Positions 40,461 through 51,866 of a stretch of 64,000 nucleotides of DNA are shown here, piece after piece. Origin of the DNA: Octopus sinensis. Lineage: Eukaryota. A model generated the notes under the pieces. The model saw only the letters and a program-made list of their open reading frames with translations. It was not told the DNA's origin and searched no databases. The position numbers were made by a program, and so were the translations under genes. The stretch lies in the NCBI RefSeq assembly GCF_006345805.1, contig NW_021824954.1, positions 124,001 to 188,000 of the forward strand. The letters are read 5' to 3'. The first letter of the stretch is position 1. The number at the start of each line of letters is the position of its first letter.

Positions 40461-40585
40461 CTTGGGTGACAACATCTTCAATTGGGATACCGGTTTCATA
40501 AGACATGAATCCAAGAACAGAGAAAATAACTAACCCGGCATAAACACTAGTTGTACAACCAATAACTGGGATTAACATAGCATCT
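40461..40585 (-). CDS. SLC6 transporter exon (TM7)
   Basis: ttcag|AGATG to CAAG|GTAAGG. Encodes (R)DAMLIPVIGCTTSVYAGLVIFSVLGFMSYETGIPIEDVVTQ(G). 125 nt, phase 2 to 1. Confidence 0.96.
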
Positions 40586-41634
40586 CTGAAAATAAAATAA
40601 AAAAACATAATTATTATCACAAGAAATAAACGAAATGACTTTACACACACACATATTTAGTATTTGTATTTGTGTTTTTAATGAAGAATGAGAGTATGGG
40701 GTTAATTATTAACAGAAATAAAACAAAAATCTTGTGTCAAGAAGCTGGAACCTGGTCCAGCAATTCAGGTATATTGATAGATGGAGAAATCTAATACTGA
40801 ATAAAATGTGCCAGCACAATTTCTGGTCATTTGCAAAGACAGGTACATTTATACCAGGAGACAACAACCAAACTTATTGATGCATGAGACTGTTGTTACA
40901 CTTAGCCTTCTACATGGCCCTAAAACCTGAGTAAATTATAAGCAACATTTTCAGAATTTGGAAATATACTACCATAAATGTTAGAAGAAAATAAGGCATA
41001 TTCAGTGGTAATACAGATAGAGAATGTGAGTGTGCTCTACCAGGTCAATACTGGCTTCATTGGAGACATAATTACATGATGTCAATGTCAATGGGTTAGC
41101 CAAGTTGTGCAAATGTAAGGTCATCAGTTGTCAAAACAACATTTTATTACTTTCAGCTGAATAAAGAAAAATGTATGCATGGAGAACACTGGAAATGTTT
41201 CAAAGACTATACTTAAAAAGTGTGGCTGCAATCTTCATCATCGTCATCATCATTACCATCATCATTTAATGTCAATTTTCCATACTGGCATAGATTGGAC
41301 AGCTTGGTATGCATATAGAAAATAAGTGACCCAAGTAGAGATTGTTCATCTACAATGAAGTCTACCACTTTGATACAGCATGAACTGAATACTTCAATGA
41401 TAAACACAAGTGTAGAAAGTGTTGCATATTTATGATGAAAAGAATCTTCCTGCTACAGCCCTACCTCCCATTCTAGAGTATCCAAACACTGTATGTAGTC
41501 ACTGCATTTAAAACTATATTACTCCAATCTCTTGTCTTTTTTTGAAAGTTGGTAGTAATTTGAGAGAAATTTGGCTGCTATTTCTATCAGGCTGAATGAC
41601 TGTATTAGCTTGAACTTGATATAGTAGATCTCAC

Positions 41635-41738
41635 CTGTAAACGTTGTTGTGGAATTTATTGTAACTGGCCATTGTGATGAGACCACCCCAGGACATGCCA
41701 ACAGAGTAAAAAATTTGAGTGGCTGCATCTCCCCAGAC
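41635..41738 (-). CDS. SLC6 transporter exon (TM6); not in the ORF track
   Basis: cttacag|GTCTGG to AG|GTGAGA. Hand translation [34 protein letters not shown](R). 104 nt, phase 0 to 2. Confidence 0.95.
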
Positions 41739-41854
41739 CTGTAAGGGAGCAAAAATGGAAATATTAGTTGAAAGAGTATAAAAATTATTTGTTCTAATAT
41801 TCTAAAGAAATCTTTGAAAAATGAAATATTAACAAAAACAATAATTTCAAGTTT

Positions 41855-42420
41855 TAGCACAAGGCCAGCGATTTTGGGAGTGGGGGTAAGTTGATTACAT
41901 TGTGCTCAACCGGTGCTTATTTGGTTGACCCCAAAAGGATGAATGGTGAAGTCAACCTTGGTGGCATTTGAACTCAGAAAGTAAAGAGCTGGAAGGAATA
42001 TCACTATGCATTTTGTCAGGTGCAGTAATGGTTCTGCTAGTATGCCACCTTAATAAGATTAATAATAATATTACTGTTTTTTTAATATAGACACAAGGCC
42101 AGAAATGTAGTGGAAAGAGGTGGGTGGTTCAGGTTAGTTAAATATCAACTCTGGTACTTCTATTTTATTGTCCCTTGGAGGGTTAAAAGCTGAAGTTGAC
42201 CTTGGCAGGATTTAAGCAGAATGTAAAGAACTTGAACAAGGACTGCAAGGCATTTTATGACACTCTTAACACTTCTGCCAATTTAGTAATAATTCTTCCT
42301 AATTTTGGCACAAGACCAGCAGTTTTGAGGGAGGGGTAAGTTGATTACACTGACCCCCCCCCCCCAGTACTTCAACTGGTACATATTTTATTGACCTTCC
42401 CTGCCAAAGGGATGAAATAC
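41855..42420 (+). mobile_element. Cluster of three short repeats (family B, SINE-like)
   Basis: Shared GCACAAGGCCAGC..GTAAGTTGATTACAT..TATTGACCC..AGGATGAAAGG..GAATTTGAACTCAG. Further copies at about 20765-20945(-), 25455-25660(+), 44245-44637(+). Confidence 0.75.
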
Positions 42421-42719
42421 AAAGCATCCTCCAAACTTAATATTGAAGAATTGGTCCAGGATCAATCTCACCACCAGTATGTCAGTTGTGATGCTTTTCT
42501 TAAGCACCTCTTTTAAGTTTCCTCTCTATTCTATTTCTTTCTATTGATTATGCCTTACTAAACCTAATCGATTCTACTCTAATTGCCCTTTTCAGGGAAA
42601 CCCACAATTTGTTGTTAACAACTGACTCCTTCAATTTCCCTTTTCAGGGAAACCCACCATTTGTTGTTAACAATTGACCCTTTCAATGCCCACTTAATTA
42701 ATTAGCTAAACTAGTGTCT

Positions 42720-42960
42720 ATAAGTTGCCACACTCTGGGAGTGATGCGTTCAGCTTCTAGTAACTGGGTCCCTGCCTATGAAGTCTCTCTAGGTTGACTG
42801 TGCAGTTAACAAATTTGTAGCCGATGATCATAAAAAGTGGACAATTTATACTCTTGTTATCCACAGGCTTACAGAATACTCTATCTAGATGTGACCTAGA
42901 TGACCTGATACAAATTGTTCATGTCCACATTGGTACATTTCAGAAATCTAGTTGGTACCA
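42720..42960 (-). mobile_element. Tx1/L1-type AP-endonuclease remnant
   Basis: Hand translation WT*..SSRSHLDRVF..CPLF..GYKFV..GPSY*KLNASL, matching the conserved end of L1/Tx1 endonucleases with the catalytic DH missing. Confidence 0.6.
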
Positions 42961-43508
42961 GTCAGACTTGAAAATGTCTGAGCAGGTTTGTGAGGCTTTT
43001 GGTTGGCACTGGCTGTGGTGGTAATGGTGGTCCTGATTTGAACCAGTGGTGGGAAAGTTTTATCAAAATTTTCCTTTTCTTTATCTCATTTGTTGAAGAA
43101 TTCAGTTCCATGGTTTGTTTCAAATATGGCCAGTTTGAAAATGAAAAACAATTTTAAAACATGAAGGATTGAAACTAACTTCACAAAAATTTGTTAGTTA
43201 GCTTTATAAAAGTATTGTACAACAAAATATAAGAATAAACTTTTTTATTGCAAGCAAGTGCAGTAGCTGCTTAGGTGTGAGGTGGAGTGCGACAAAGGCA
43301 GTGAAGGTGAAGGTAGTCATGTATAGACAGATGAGGTGGTGGTGGTGACGGCATATTGAGGGACTCGCTGGCCTTGTAAGGTCAAGAGGCATATACTCCC
43401 ATCTGTGGTTGCTAAGTGGAAGAAAGAAACGAGAACTGCCCTTCCACACAACAACAACAACAACAACAACAAATAATAATAATAATAATAATAATAATGT
43501 AAACTCAC

Positions 43509-43643
43509 CTGAAAATCCAGCAATCTTGACCATTTAGGAATAAGGTAAAATTTCAACCCTTCCCAAGCTCCAGGCAAAGTAACTCCTCGAATCAACAAAA
43601 TAGTTAAAACCAAATAAGGGAAAGTCGCTGTCACGTACACCAC
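43509..43643 (-). CDS. SLC6 transporter exon (TM5)
   Basis: tag|GTGGTG to CAG|GTGAGT. Encodes [45 protein letters not shown]. 135 nt, phase 0 to 0. Confidence 0.96.
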
Positions 43644-44633
43644 CTATTGACAAGAACAATAGATTTATACAACAGGGTAATACAGTTGAAAGAAATGGAA
43701 AGTGAAACTAGACTTCAAATCTGTCCTTCTGTATATGCATACTTATGTTGATATTTGTTATTTAAGGACTAATTAATTAAATTTGAAACAATTTTCAAAA
43801 TCACTATTGGAACTCAGGAATGATAAAGTGCCTAGTGGGTGGGTGGAGAAGACTACTGCAGTCTTTAACACTTACCATGATTCTGTAATTATTTCTTACA
43901 TTTGGTTCAAAACTACAGAGTAGCTTAACCAAATCATTATTCTTCTAGTGTATATTACTGATGCCAACTTTATTGAACTTGGTGGGATGGCAAAATTGAG
44001 TTATTTCAACAAATAATACTGCAAAGTATTTGAATTGATTGCGCCATTATATCTGGGATCTACTATCTTTAAAATAAGGATTTCTGACAAAGGCAGATTT
44101 AAGGTCAGAAATTAGAGGTGATTTAGATTGACATTAATACATCACAAGCTAGCACTTTCATTAACTGACTCCTAAGAGATGAGAGACAAAATTGACCTTG
44201 ATGGGATTTGAAATCACAATGTAAATTACAAGAATGAATAACAATCCTTTCCACTAAAGGTACAAGTCCTGAAATTTGCAGGGTGGGGACTAATCAATTA
44301 CATCAACCCCAGTGTTTTATTGACCCTAATTTATTTTACTGACCTTAATTTATTGACCCTAAAAGGATGAAAGGCAAAGTCGACCTCAGTGGAATTTTGA
44401 ACTCAGAACATAGTGACAAGTGAAATTACACTATGCATTTTGTCCAGCATGCTTACAGTTCTGCCTTAATAATAATAATCCTTTCTACAAGGCCTGAAAT
44501 TTGGGGGAGGGGGATAATCAATTACATTGACCTTAGTACTCAATTGGTACATAATTTATTGACCCTGAAAGGATGAAGGGTAAAGTTGACCATGGGGGAA
44601 TTTGAACTCGGAATGTGTAGACAGGTGAAAAAC

Positions 44634-44684
<51 letters not shown>

Positions 44685-45738
44685 TAATTCTTTTATTGGC
44701 CACAAGGGCTGACAAAAATTAATTATAACATAAAGGGACAAAACACAGGATGAAAGTTACAAAGGGTTTTGTCCATTTGAAAATCCGTGTAAAAAACAGT
44801 ATAACAAAAAAAATATTTAACAATGAAAAACTCCCAATAGGGGTAGGCGCTTCGAAAGGTTCCTGGTGGAAAAACCCATAAAAGCCACGGGAGCCTGGTC
44901 AAAAGCGGGGTAGAGAGCCCCTTTCTCCTTTTGTAATACCTTTTTTTAACAGGTGTATCCTTAGAATGGGTCCTTTCATACTGGCCATTCTTGCGACATT
45001 TATCCACCTTTCAGTAAACTTGCTATCAGACAGCACTTCCCTCTCTACTCTCACCTTCCTTTTCAAGTGAAACTTGAAAAAGTTGATGAGGCCTGGGCCA
45101 AAGAGGAAAGTGTCTGACCTCAGCCCTTTCAAACTGGTCCACCATACCATCTCTTTCGCTACAGCCACTAGGCAAAGGAAAACTGCCTTGCCCTCCCGGT
45201 TAAAGGAGGTCGGCGGGGCAATCTTCACTATGGATTCAGCTGATAGCCGGACCTGTCCTATATGCGACAGTAGCTGTTCGACATAAACCCATAGTTCAGC
45301 AATACTTGGACACTGGATGAGTGCATGCAGAACGGTTTTGTCATCCTGGCAGCACCTCGTGCCAGTAGAGTTTATCCCAAACAGGCAGTGCCCCTTGGTA
45401 GCACTGCCAGGCAAGCAACGTCTGGAAATTATCCATTGGCCCCGGCCTGAAAGTCCTTCCGAACAGCCCGCTCAACTCAATATTGTCAATGCCTAGAGTT
45501 TCCCCGAGAACGTCGTCGTACTTTTCTTCCACTAACCCTCTATAGAACGCTAGAGTGGAACTACGACCGATCGCATTGCCCGCTTGGTGGAGGGCGGAGA
45601 GAGCTTGATGTCACACGAAGTGCCAAGCGCCCTTTCTTGGTCTGTGTTTAATCTAGGTTTGTAGCTCTGTCAAAGAGACGAGCTGCGGAAAGTCGCGTCT
45701 GACAAAAGACGACCACACCTGTTCGCCGTCTAGGAAAC
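44685..45738 (-). mobile_element. Tx1/L1-clade LINE 3' fragment flanked by (AAT)n
   Basis: C-terminal zinc-knuckle region RCCQDDKTVLHALIQCP..LW..WW. 3' end CAATAAAAG followed by an (ATT)n tail. The 5'-truncated end also abuts (AAT)n. Confidence 0.85.
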
Positions 45739-45797
45739 ACAATAATAATAATAATACTACTAATAATAAATACTACTACTACTACTTCTTCTTCTTC

Positions 45798-45850
<53 letters not shown>

Positions 45851-45885
45851 TAATAATAATAATAATAAAAACATAAACAACTTAC

Positions 45886-46018
45886 TCTGCCAGAAGATTT
45901 GATTCCTTTGCACAGACACAAAAATACCACAACCCATGCAAGCAGCAAACAAAGCAACAGTTCCCATCGGATGATACCCAAATCTTCGATACCATCAGTG
46001 ATTTCCAATACTTTCAAC
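45886..46018 (-). CDS. SLC6 transporter exon (end of EL2 and TM4)
   Basis: aaag|GTTGAAA to AGA|GTAAGT. Encodes (Q)[44 protein letters not shown]. 133 nt, phase 2 to 0; this acceptor is the only nearby one that keeps frame. Confidence 0.92.
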
Positions 46019-46704
46019 CTTTTCATTTGTAAGAAAAAACAGAGTGACTGAGTTAATTGATGATGAGAAAGAAGAAAGAGAAATAGTAGGCAATACATAT
46101 ACATTTGAAATGGCTTAAACAGAGGGAGAAAGGAGCAGCAGCTGATGATTTTTGTTAGAACATCTGAGACTACTAGGAGGAACCTCTGATTGGAAACCTG
46201 ATTCAAATGCTTACAGAGGTATCCAAAGGCCAGGTGTTGGTGATAAACTGGTTAATTGGTCTATCTGATAGGCTTTCACAGAAGGCTTCATTAGGCAAAA
46301 GTCTATGGTAGGAGGCTTTTATCCAAGGTGACACGTAGTGGCATCAAAACATGTAGAGTTGGTATGAGCCTTGTAAAGCCATACAACTATGTGAATATCC
46401 ATTTATTTTTTTCTGCAAGCTATTTTCTTCCTGTATATTTTTGATTTTTATTTTATTACTTTATTTTGGGGTGGTCGCGGAGAAAAATAGTATGGTATTC
46501 TGTTTCACAAAGAGAAGGTTTTAGTTTGTGTGCTGATAAGATTATTTCTTCATACTTAAAGATTTTGGGTTGTTGGCATTAGTACACATATTTATAACAC
46601 TCTATACACTTCTAATGTGTACACTGAGCACTCAACATTTTTTGTATGCAAATATGAATACTATATATTTTATTTAGTTTGTTTCAGACATTGCAGCTAA
46701 GCCC

Positions 46705-46788
46705 ATACAGTTTATAATAGAGATGTAAAGGTATACAGTTTATAATAGAGATGTAAAGGTATACAGTTTATAATAGAGATGTAAAGGT
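46705..46788 (+). repeat. 3 x 28-bp tandem repeat
   Basis: (ATACAGTTTATAATAGAGATGTAAAGGT)3 read directly. Confidence 0.95.
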
Positions 46789-46967
46789 ATAATGTAATGA
46801 TGGTAATGCATTCCTCGTAACATTTTTCTGAACATGCCAACACAAATAAGGAGTGTTAGTATATCTTTATGTTAATTATAGTTGTACTCTCTCTCTTTCT
46901 TTTATGCATGCACATACACAAACAGACAGACAGACAAACACACACCTAATATAATAAGAAAACTCAC

Positions 46968-47304
46968 TGCCAAAATTCTTCGCTTGGTGATACTTTTGTG
47001 ACATTGGACAAGATATCATCATTAGTGATTTTGTCTACCAAATCTGTAGCATTGGAGAGTCCGACAAGCGAGGTGGCATTGGCCAACATAGTACCATTGG
47101 TGGTAAACACAGTACTGTTGAGGGTTTCTGTTACATTCTGCCTTTCGGTGACAACACAGTTCTTGGAGTTCCATTTGTTTTCACAATTACTCCAAGGCAG
47201 TACTTCTCTGAATGAGTGGAACAGATAGTAGAGTGTCCAGGCTAAGATGATGTTATAGTAAATACATACGATGCCTGACACGATCACCATTCCATAACCA
47301 ACTC
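46968..47304 (-). CDS. SLC6 transporter exon (TM3 and extracellular loop 2)
   Basis: tgcag|GAGTT to TGGCA|GTGAGT. Encodes GVGYGMVIVSGIVCIYYNIILAWTLYY...WSNCENKWNSKNC...SPSEEFWQ. 337 nt, phase 1 to 2. Confidence 0.96.
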
Positions 47305-47984
47305 CTGCAACAAAAAAATATATTAGATTAAAGGAATGTTATCATTCTGATAAAGACTACAGCATTAAATGAAGTGACATGATTAATTTATATAGTAATT
47401 TAGTCAGTTGAAAGACTGAAAGTTAGGGAAAGACCAAATATTAGGAAAATGGACATCCAAATGGTTAAAGTGTTCAATAAGAGGCTGTATTCATCAGCTT
47501 TGTTGGTCTTCCCTCTCATACTGAAGAAATTAATGTGGTTGATGTTTAATTTGAGGTTTGAGTATCTATATGGCATTCTGAAGGATTCTAATTCCAAGAA
47601 AGAAGAAATAAACAGAACTGTTTAGTGCAAGTGTCTGAGAAGTGAGACACTCGAAGAACAGTGAGAGAAGAGCTTGTATCATAGGTGGGATTGGGTGGTG
47701 AGGGTATGCAACTAGCAATGTTTAGAAGAACAGATGTAGTTGTAGTATTTATAAAAGGGAACAGCAAATCAGTATGCTAATGGTTGAAGCTTGTTGGGAA
47801 GTGAATCATCATCACTCAGCTAAATGTTGCTATTTTTGGATGCAGTTGCATAAAGTATGTAATCAAAACTTTTGATTTCCCACCAGCTGTTGTGGCCAAG
47901 CAAGATGAGAAACTTTCAGTGGCATTAGATATGATAATCAGTATCAAACAAATAAACATGCACACACACAAAGCAGAAACGTAC

Positions 47985-48116
47985 CTTTGAACATAGGGCT
48001 GATTCGCCACGCTGTCAGTGGACTCAAACTAGCAAATTGACCGTAAGAAGTTTCCATGAAGACCAGAGGAATTCCACACAGAAACAAGAACAAAAAGTAA
48101 GGAACCAAAAAAGCAC
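47985..48116 (-). CDS. SLC6 transporter exon (TM2)
   Basis: tttcag|GTGCT to AAAG|GTACGT. Encodes (G)[44 protein letters not shown]. 132 nt, phase 1 to 1. Confidence 0.96.
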
Positions 48117-49011
48117 CTGAAACAGAAAAAGATACAAGAGCATTAGACATGCTTATATATATGATACAAACAGAAAGAGTGAGTTATAAGCAGCAATCTA
48201 AAAATTGAGATCATCTTGCATACTTTGTTGGGTGGGTGCTTGCATCCTCAGCCAGCTCTGATCAAAGGCATACCAGCTAAACTATCACATCTTTTTGTAT
48301 ATTAAGGACTAATGTTGCCTCTTTGCTTTCAAGAAGGTAGAGTGGCATTTGAAGGTAATTTGGTTGATATTTCTAGTAGGACTGTGCAATCATGTGGAGA
48401 GCTATGCATTAGGTTGAGAATGGATGAATAATCATACCTCATCAGTTGGGTGTTCTATGCAACAATGTAGACGACTGGGAAATTTATCATGTCCATTTGC
48501 TTAAATGCTTTTAATATCACCCAAATGTTGGCTTCATAAGCCGTGTGTGTGTGTGTGGGGGTGCTATTTAGTCACAGGTCAACTCTAATCAAACAGACAT
48601 ATGATCAGAGGTGTTCCAGTCTTGTTAACTATATCCTTGTTGTAGGATAGGATTATATTATCCAAGTACAGTAGGTGTTTCTTTTTTATTTAAGGACAAT
48701 AGGGAGTTGAGATTCAGCTGCTAATTCAAGCAGGTCAAGCAACCATGTAAAGGCTCCTTCACTGGCTTATGAGAATATGTACGTGTGTGTGTGTGGTTAT
48801 GGATATGGACACTTGGGGGACATTGCTGGAGGACTTAATAAACTTGATGTTGCAGTTTTACAGTTTACCTAATGGAGAAGGATAAAAAGTAGGTATCAAC
48901 TGGAGAAATGGAAGAAGAAAAGGAAAAGCAAACTAAGAAAGGAGGGATTAATTTGAAGGTGGCCAATGTAGAGGTTTAAAGGCAGAAGAGTAGAATTCAT
49001 ATAAAACTAAC

Positions 49012-49201
49012 CTCCACCACTCTTATAACAGAGATAAGGGAATCGCCAGATATTTCCCAGACCAACAGCGAAGCCAACACAAGACAACATGAAGTCCAAG
49101 CGGCCTGTCCAGTTGCCTCGGTCTTTGTTCTCATCACTGGAGATACTGGAACTATCATCACTAGTTGAAGAATTTGATTCTTCATCAATGGTTTTCACAA
49201 C
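49012..49201 (-). CDS. SLC6 amino-acid transporter, first identifiable coding exon (N-terminal tail and TM1)
   Basis: ttttgcag|GTTGTG acceptor and G|GTTAGT donor. Encodes [12 protein letters not shown]...[37 protein letters not shown], the SLC6 TM1 signature. 190 nt, phase 0 to 1, no in-frame ATG before TM1. Confidence 0.95.
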
Positions 49202-49576
49202 CTGCAAAATATACAAAAGGAAAAGATTAGTTAAAACAAAAAAAACTTCCACCACTACTGACCTTATCAGAGCCATTATATTTATCTCACATATCACCAC
49301 TGTTACTATCATCAACATCAATTTATTAAAATATTTGTTTATATGAGGTAGAATATGAAATGGCAGAAATGGAAAAGTTACAGACTAGCAAATTGACCAA
49401 AATACTGGAAATAAAAGAAACTGCTTGCATAATGGTTTACAGCTATCATGTCATGTCAAGGCAAGGAAATAAAAACATACAAACACACATACATACATAG
49501 ATATATACATATACACATATATAGATATATACATATACATACACACACATAAATACATATCCATATATATATATAT

Positions 49577-49609
<33 letters not shown>

Positions 49610-49643
49610 AACAAAGATAAATGCGATACAATAAAATTAATTA

Positions 49644-49680
<37 letters not shown>

Positions 49681-49972
49681 ATATATATATATATTTCTTT
49701 TACTTTTATTTGTTTCTGTCATTTGACTACGGCCACGCTGGAGCACCACCTTTAGTCAAGCAAATCGACCCCAGGACTTATTCTTTGTAAGCCTAGTACT
49801 TATTCTATCGGTCTCTCTTGCTGAACCACTAAGTGTCAGGGATGCAAACACACCAGCATCAGTTGTCAAGCAATGTTGGGGGGATAAACAGACATACATA
49901 TACATATATATGATGGGCTTCTTTCAGTTTCTGTCTACCAAATCCACTCACAAGGCTTTGATCAGCCCGAGG

Positions 49973-50031
<59 letters not shown>

Positions 50032-50041
50032 TGTATATATA

Positions 50042-50077
<36 letters not shown>

Positions 50078-50259
50078 TGTATGTATGTATGTATGTATGT
50101 ATGTATATATATATACATACATATAGACATACACACACACACACACGCACATATATGTACACATTATTTTCTCCCCTTGTTTCTTTCTGTGTTCCTTTCT
50201 GTAGAAGTGTGTCTTTTGTTTTTTTTTTGTGAATTCTCCCTATATATACATATACACCG

Positions 50260-50339
<80 letters not shown>

Positions 50340-50688
50340 CAAAAACGCAATAGAGAATGTTGAAACATTCGAACAGATAGATGATACAAAGGTGGACGAG
50401 AGAATATATATACATATATAGACATATATACATATACATATATAAATAGAAAAATTGATATTTCTAAATCTCTCAACGAGAGATATTCAGTAACAGTACT
50501 CTAGAGTAAAAATTATTTGCCAACATAATGTGGTTGTCCTGGTTAGGGGGAATGTTACTATTATTTAGCTGGAGATGATGATTCCTGGGGCTAAATAACA
50601 ATAACATTCATCCTAAGACTGCCACATTGTTGGTAATAATGTTTACTATACAAACATACATATACATATATACATGTACACATATATA

Positions 50689-50820
50689 CCGTGTTTTAAT
50701 GGGAGTTTCTTATACATGGATGATAATATAATCCCTTACAAAACCTTTTTTCCAATTTTAAGCCCTCAAAATTAGGTGACTCCTTGTACATGAGGGTCTC
50801 TTATACATGTTAAAATACGG
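50689..50820. mobile_element. 132-bp Tc1/pogo-type MITE
   Basis: TA|CCGTGTTTTAA...TTAAAATACGG|TA, with TA target duplication and a repeated internal CTTATACATG. Confidence 0.65.
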
Positions 50821-51521
50821 TACACAGACACACATATATATATATAACCAATCAACTATATTTAGCATCCCTCCACCTCACTTCTATTAACCCGCCAATC
50901 CCACCATTTCATTAAAATCTGGCTTTGGATTTAGTCTAGATATTTAATGATGCGATTTAAATAGGGATGGACTACATATATGAGTTAAAGCTGGTTTTAG
51001 AATAAATCGCAGTAATGGTGATATTAGTGCATGTGTGTGTGTGTGCGTGGGCTATAGTACGATATATATGAAATTAACAGTAGTGATGACGTTGCTTTGG
51101 TTGGAAGAGGGAGGAGGCAGTGGTAGCAGTAGTTGCAATGCATCTGCTTATAGTCGTATTTTGTGTCCTTCAAGATTCAATCAATACTGCTTACGTATTT
51201 ATGTTGAGCATTGCTCTATGCCATATTAAGAAGCTCCCATTATCCACTGTGCGTATGTGTGTGTGTGTGGCAATCCTTCGGATATGCTGTATCACTTGTT
51301 TATGTATGCATGCATATTTCTGTGTATAAGTGTGTGTATGTATACATACAAAAATATACAAACATGAAAAATATAAACATAGGTGATTCAGATGAAAAAA
51401 ATAATTACAGAAATAAACATTTTTTTTTACGGAAAATACCGAAAAATAGTTTCAGCCTTGATACATCACTTCCAAAGGACACCATATATATATATATATA
51501 CATACATACATATATAATATA

Positions 51522-51758
51522 TATCTGTAAATTAATATGTGATAATTATTCAATAGCCAAGATAAAACTCTGAGTTTCGGATGCCGAAGTGGAAATCCAC
51601 AACACCATCTCTTCGGTTATCTGGCCATCTGAAAAAACGCTATCCTTTTACATGGCCAGATAACCGAAGATATGGTGTTGTGGATTTCCACTTCGGCATC
51701 CGAAACTCAGAGTTTTATCTTGGCTATTGAATAATTATCACATATTAATTTACAGATA
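51522..51758. repeat. Inverted repeat with 107-bp arms and a 23-bp spacer
   Basis: Arms 51522-51628 and 51652-51758 with one mismatch (51671). Confidence 0.97.
51655..51724 (+). ncRNA. Type I hammerhead-like motif with U4C core; mirror copy on the minus strand at about 51556-51625
   Basis: Stem I AGAUAA/UUAUCU plus GCC/GGC. Core CCGAAGA 51664-51670. GAAA 51702-51705. Stem III ACUC-A-GAGU. GUU triplet ending at 51714. Stem II is imperfect ((G/U)AUG/CAUC plus an extra C). Confidence 0.6.
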
Positions 51759-51866
51759 AATTTCCTCTATTTACATAATATTGAGGTCTCTTTCTTTCTT
51801 TTGTTATCTTACCGTTTTTACCAATATATAATATATATATATACATACATACATATACATGTATAT

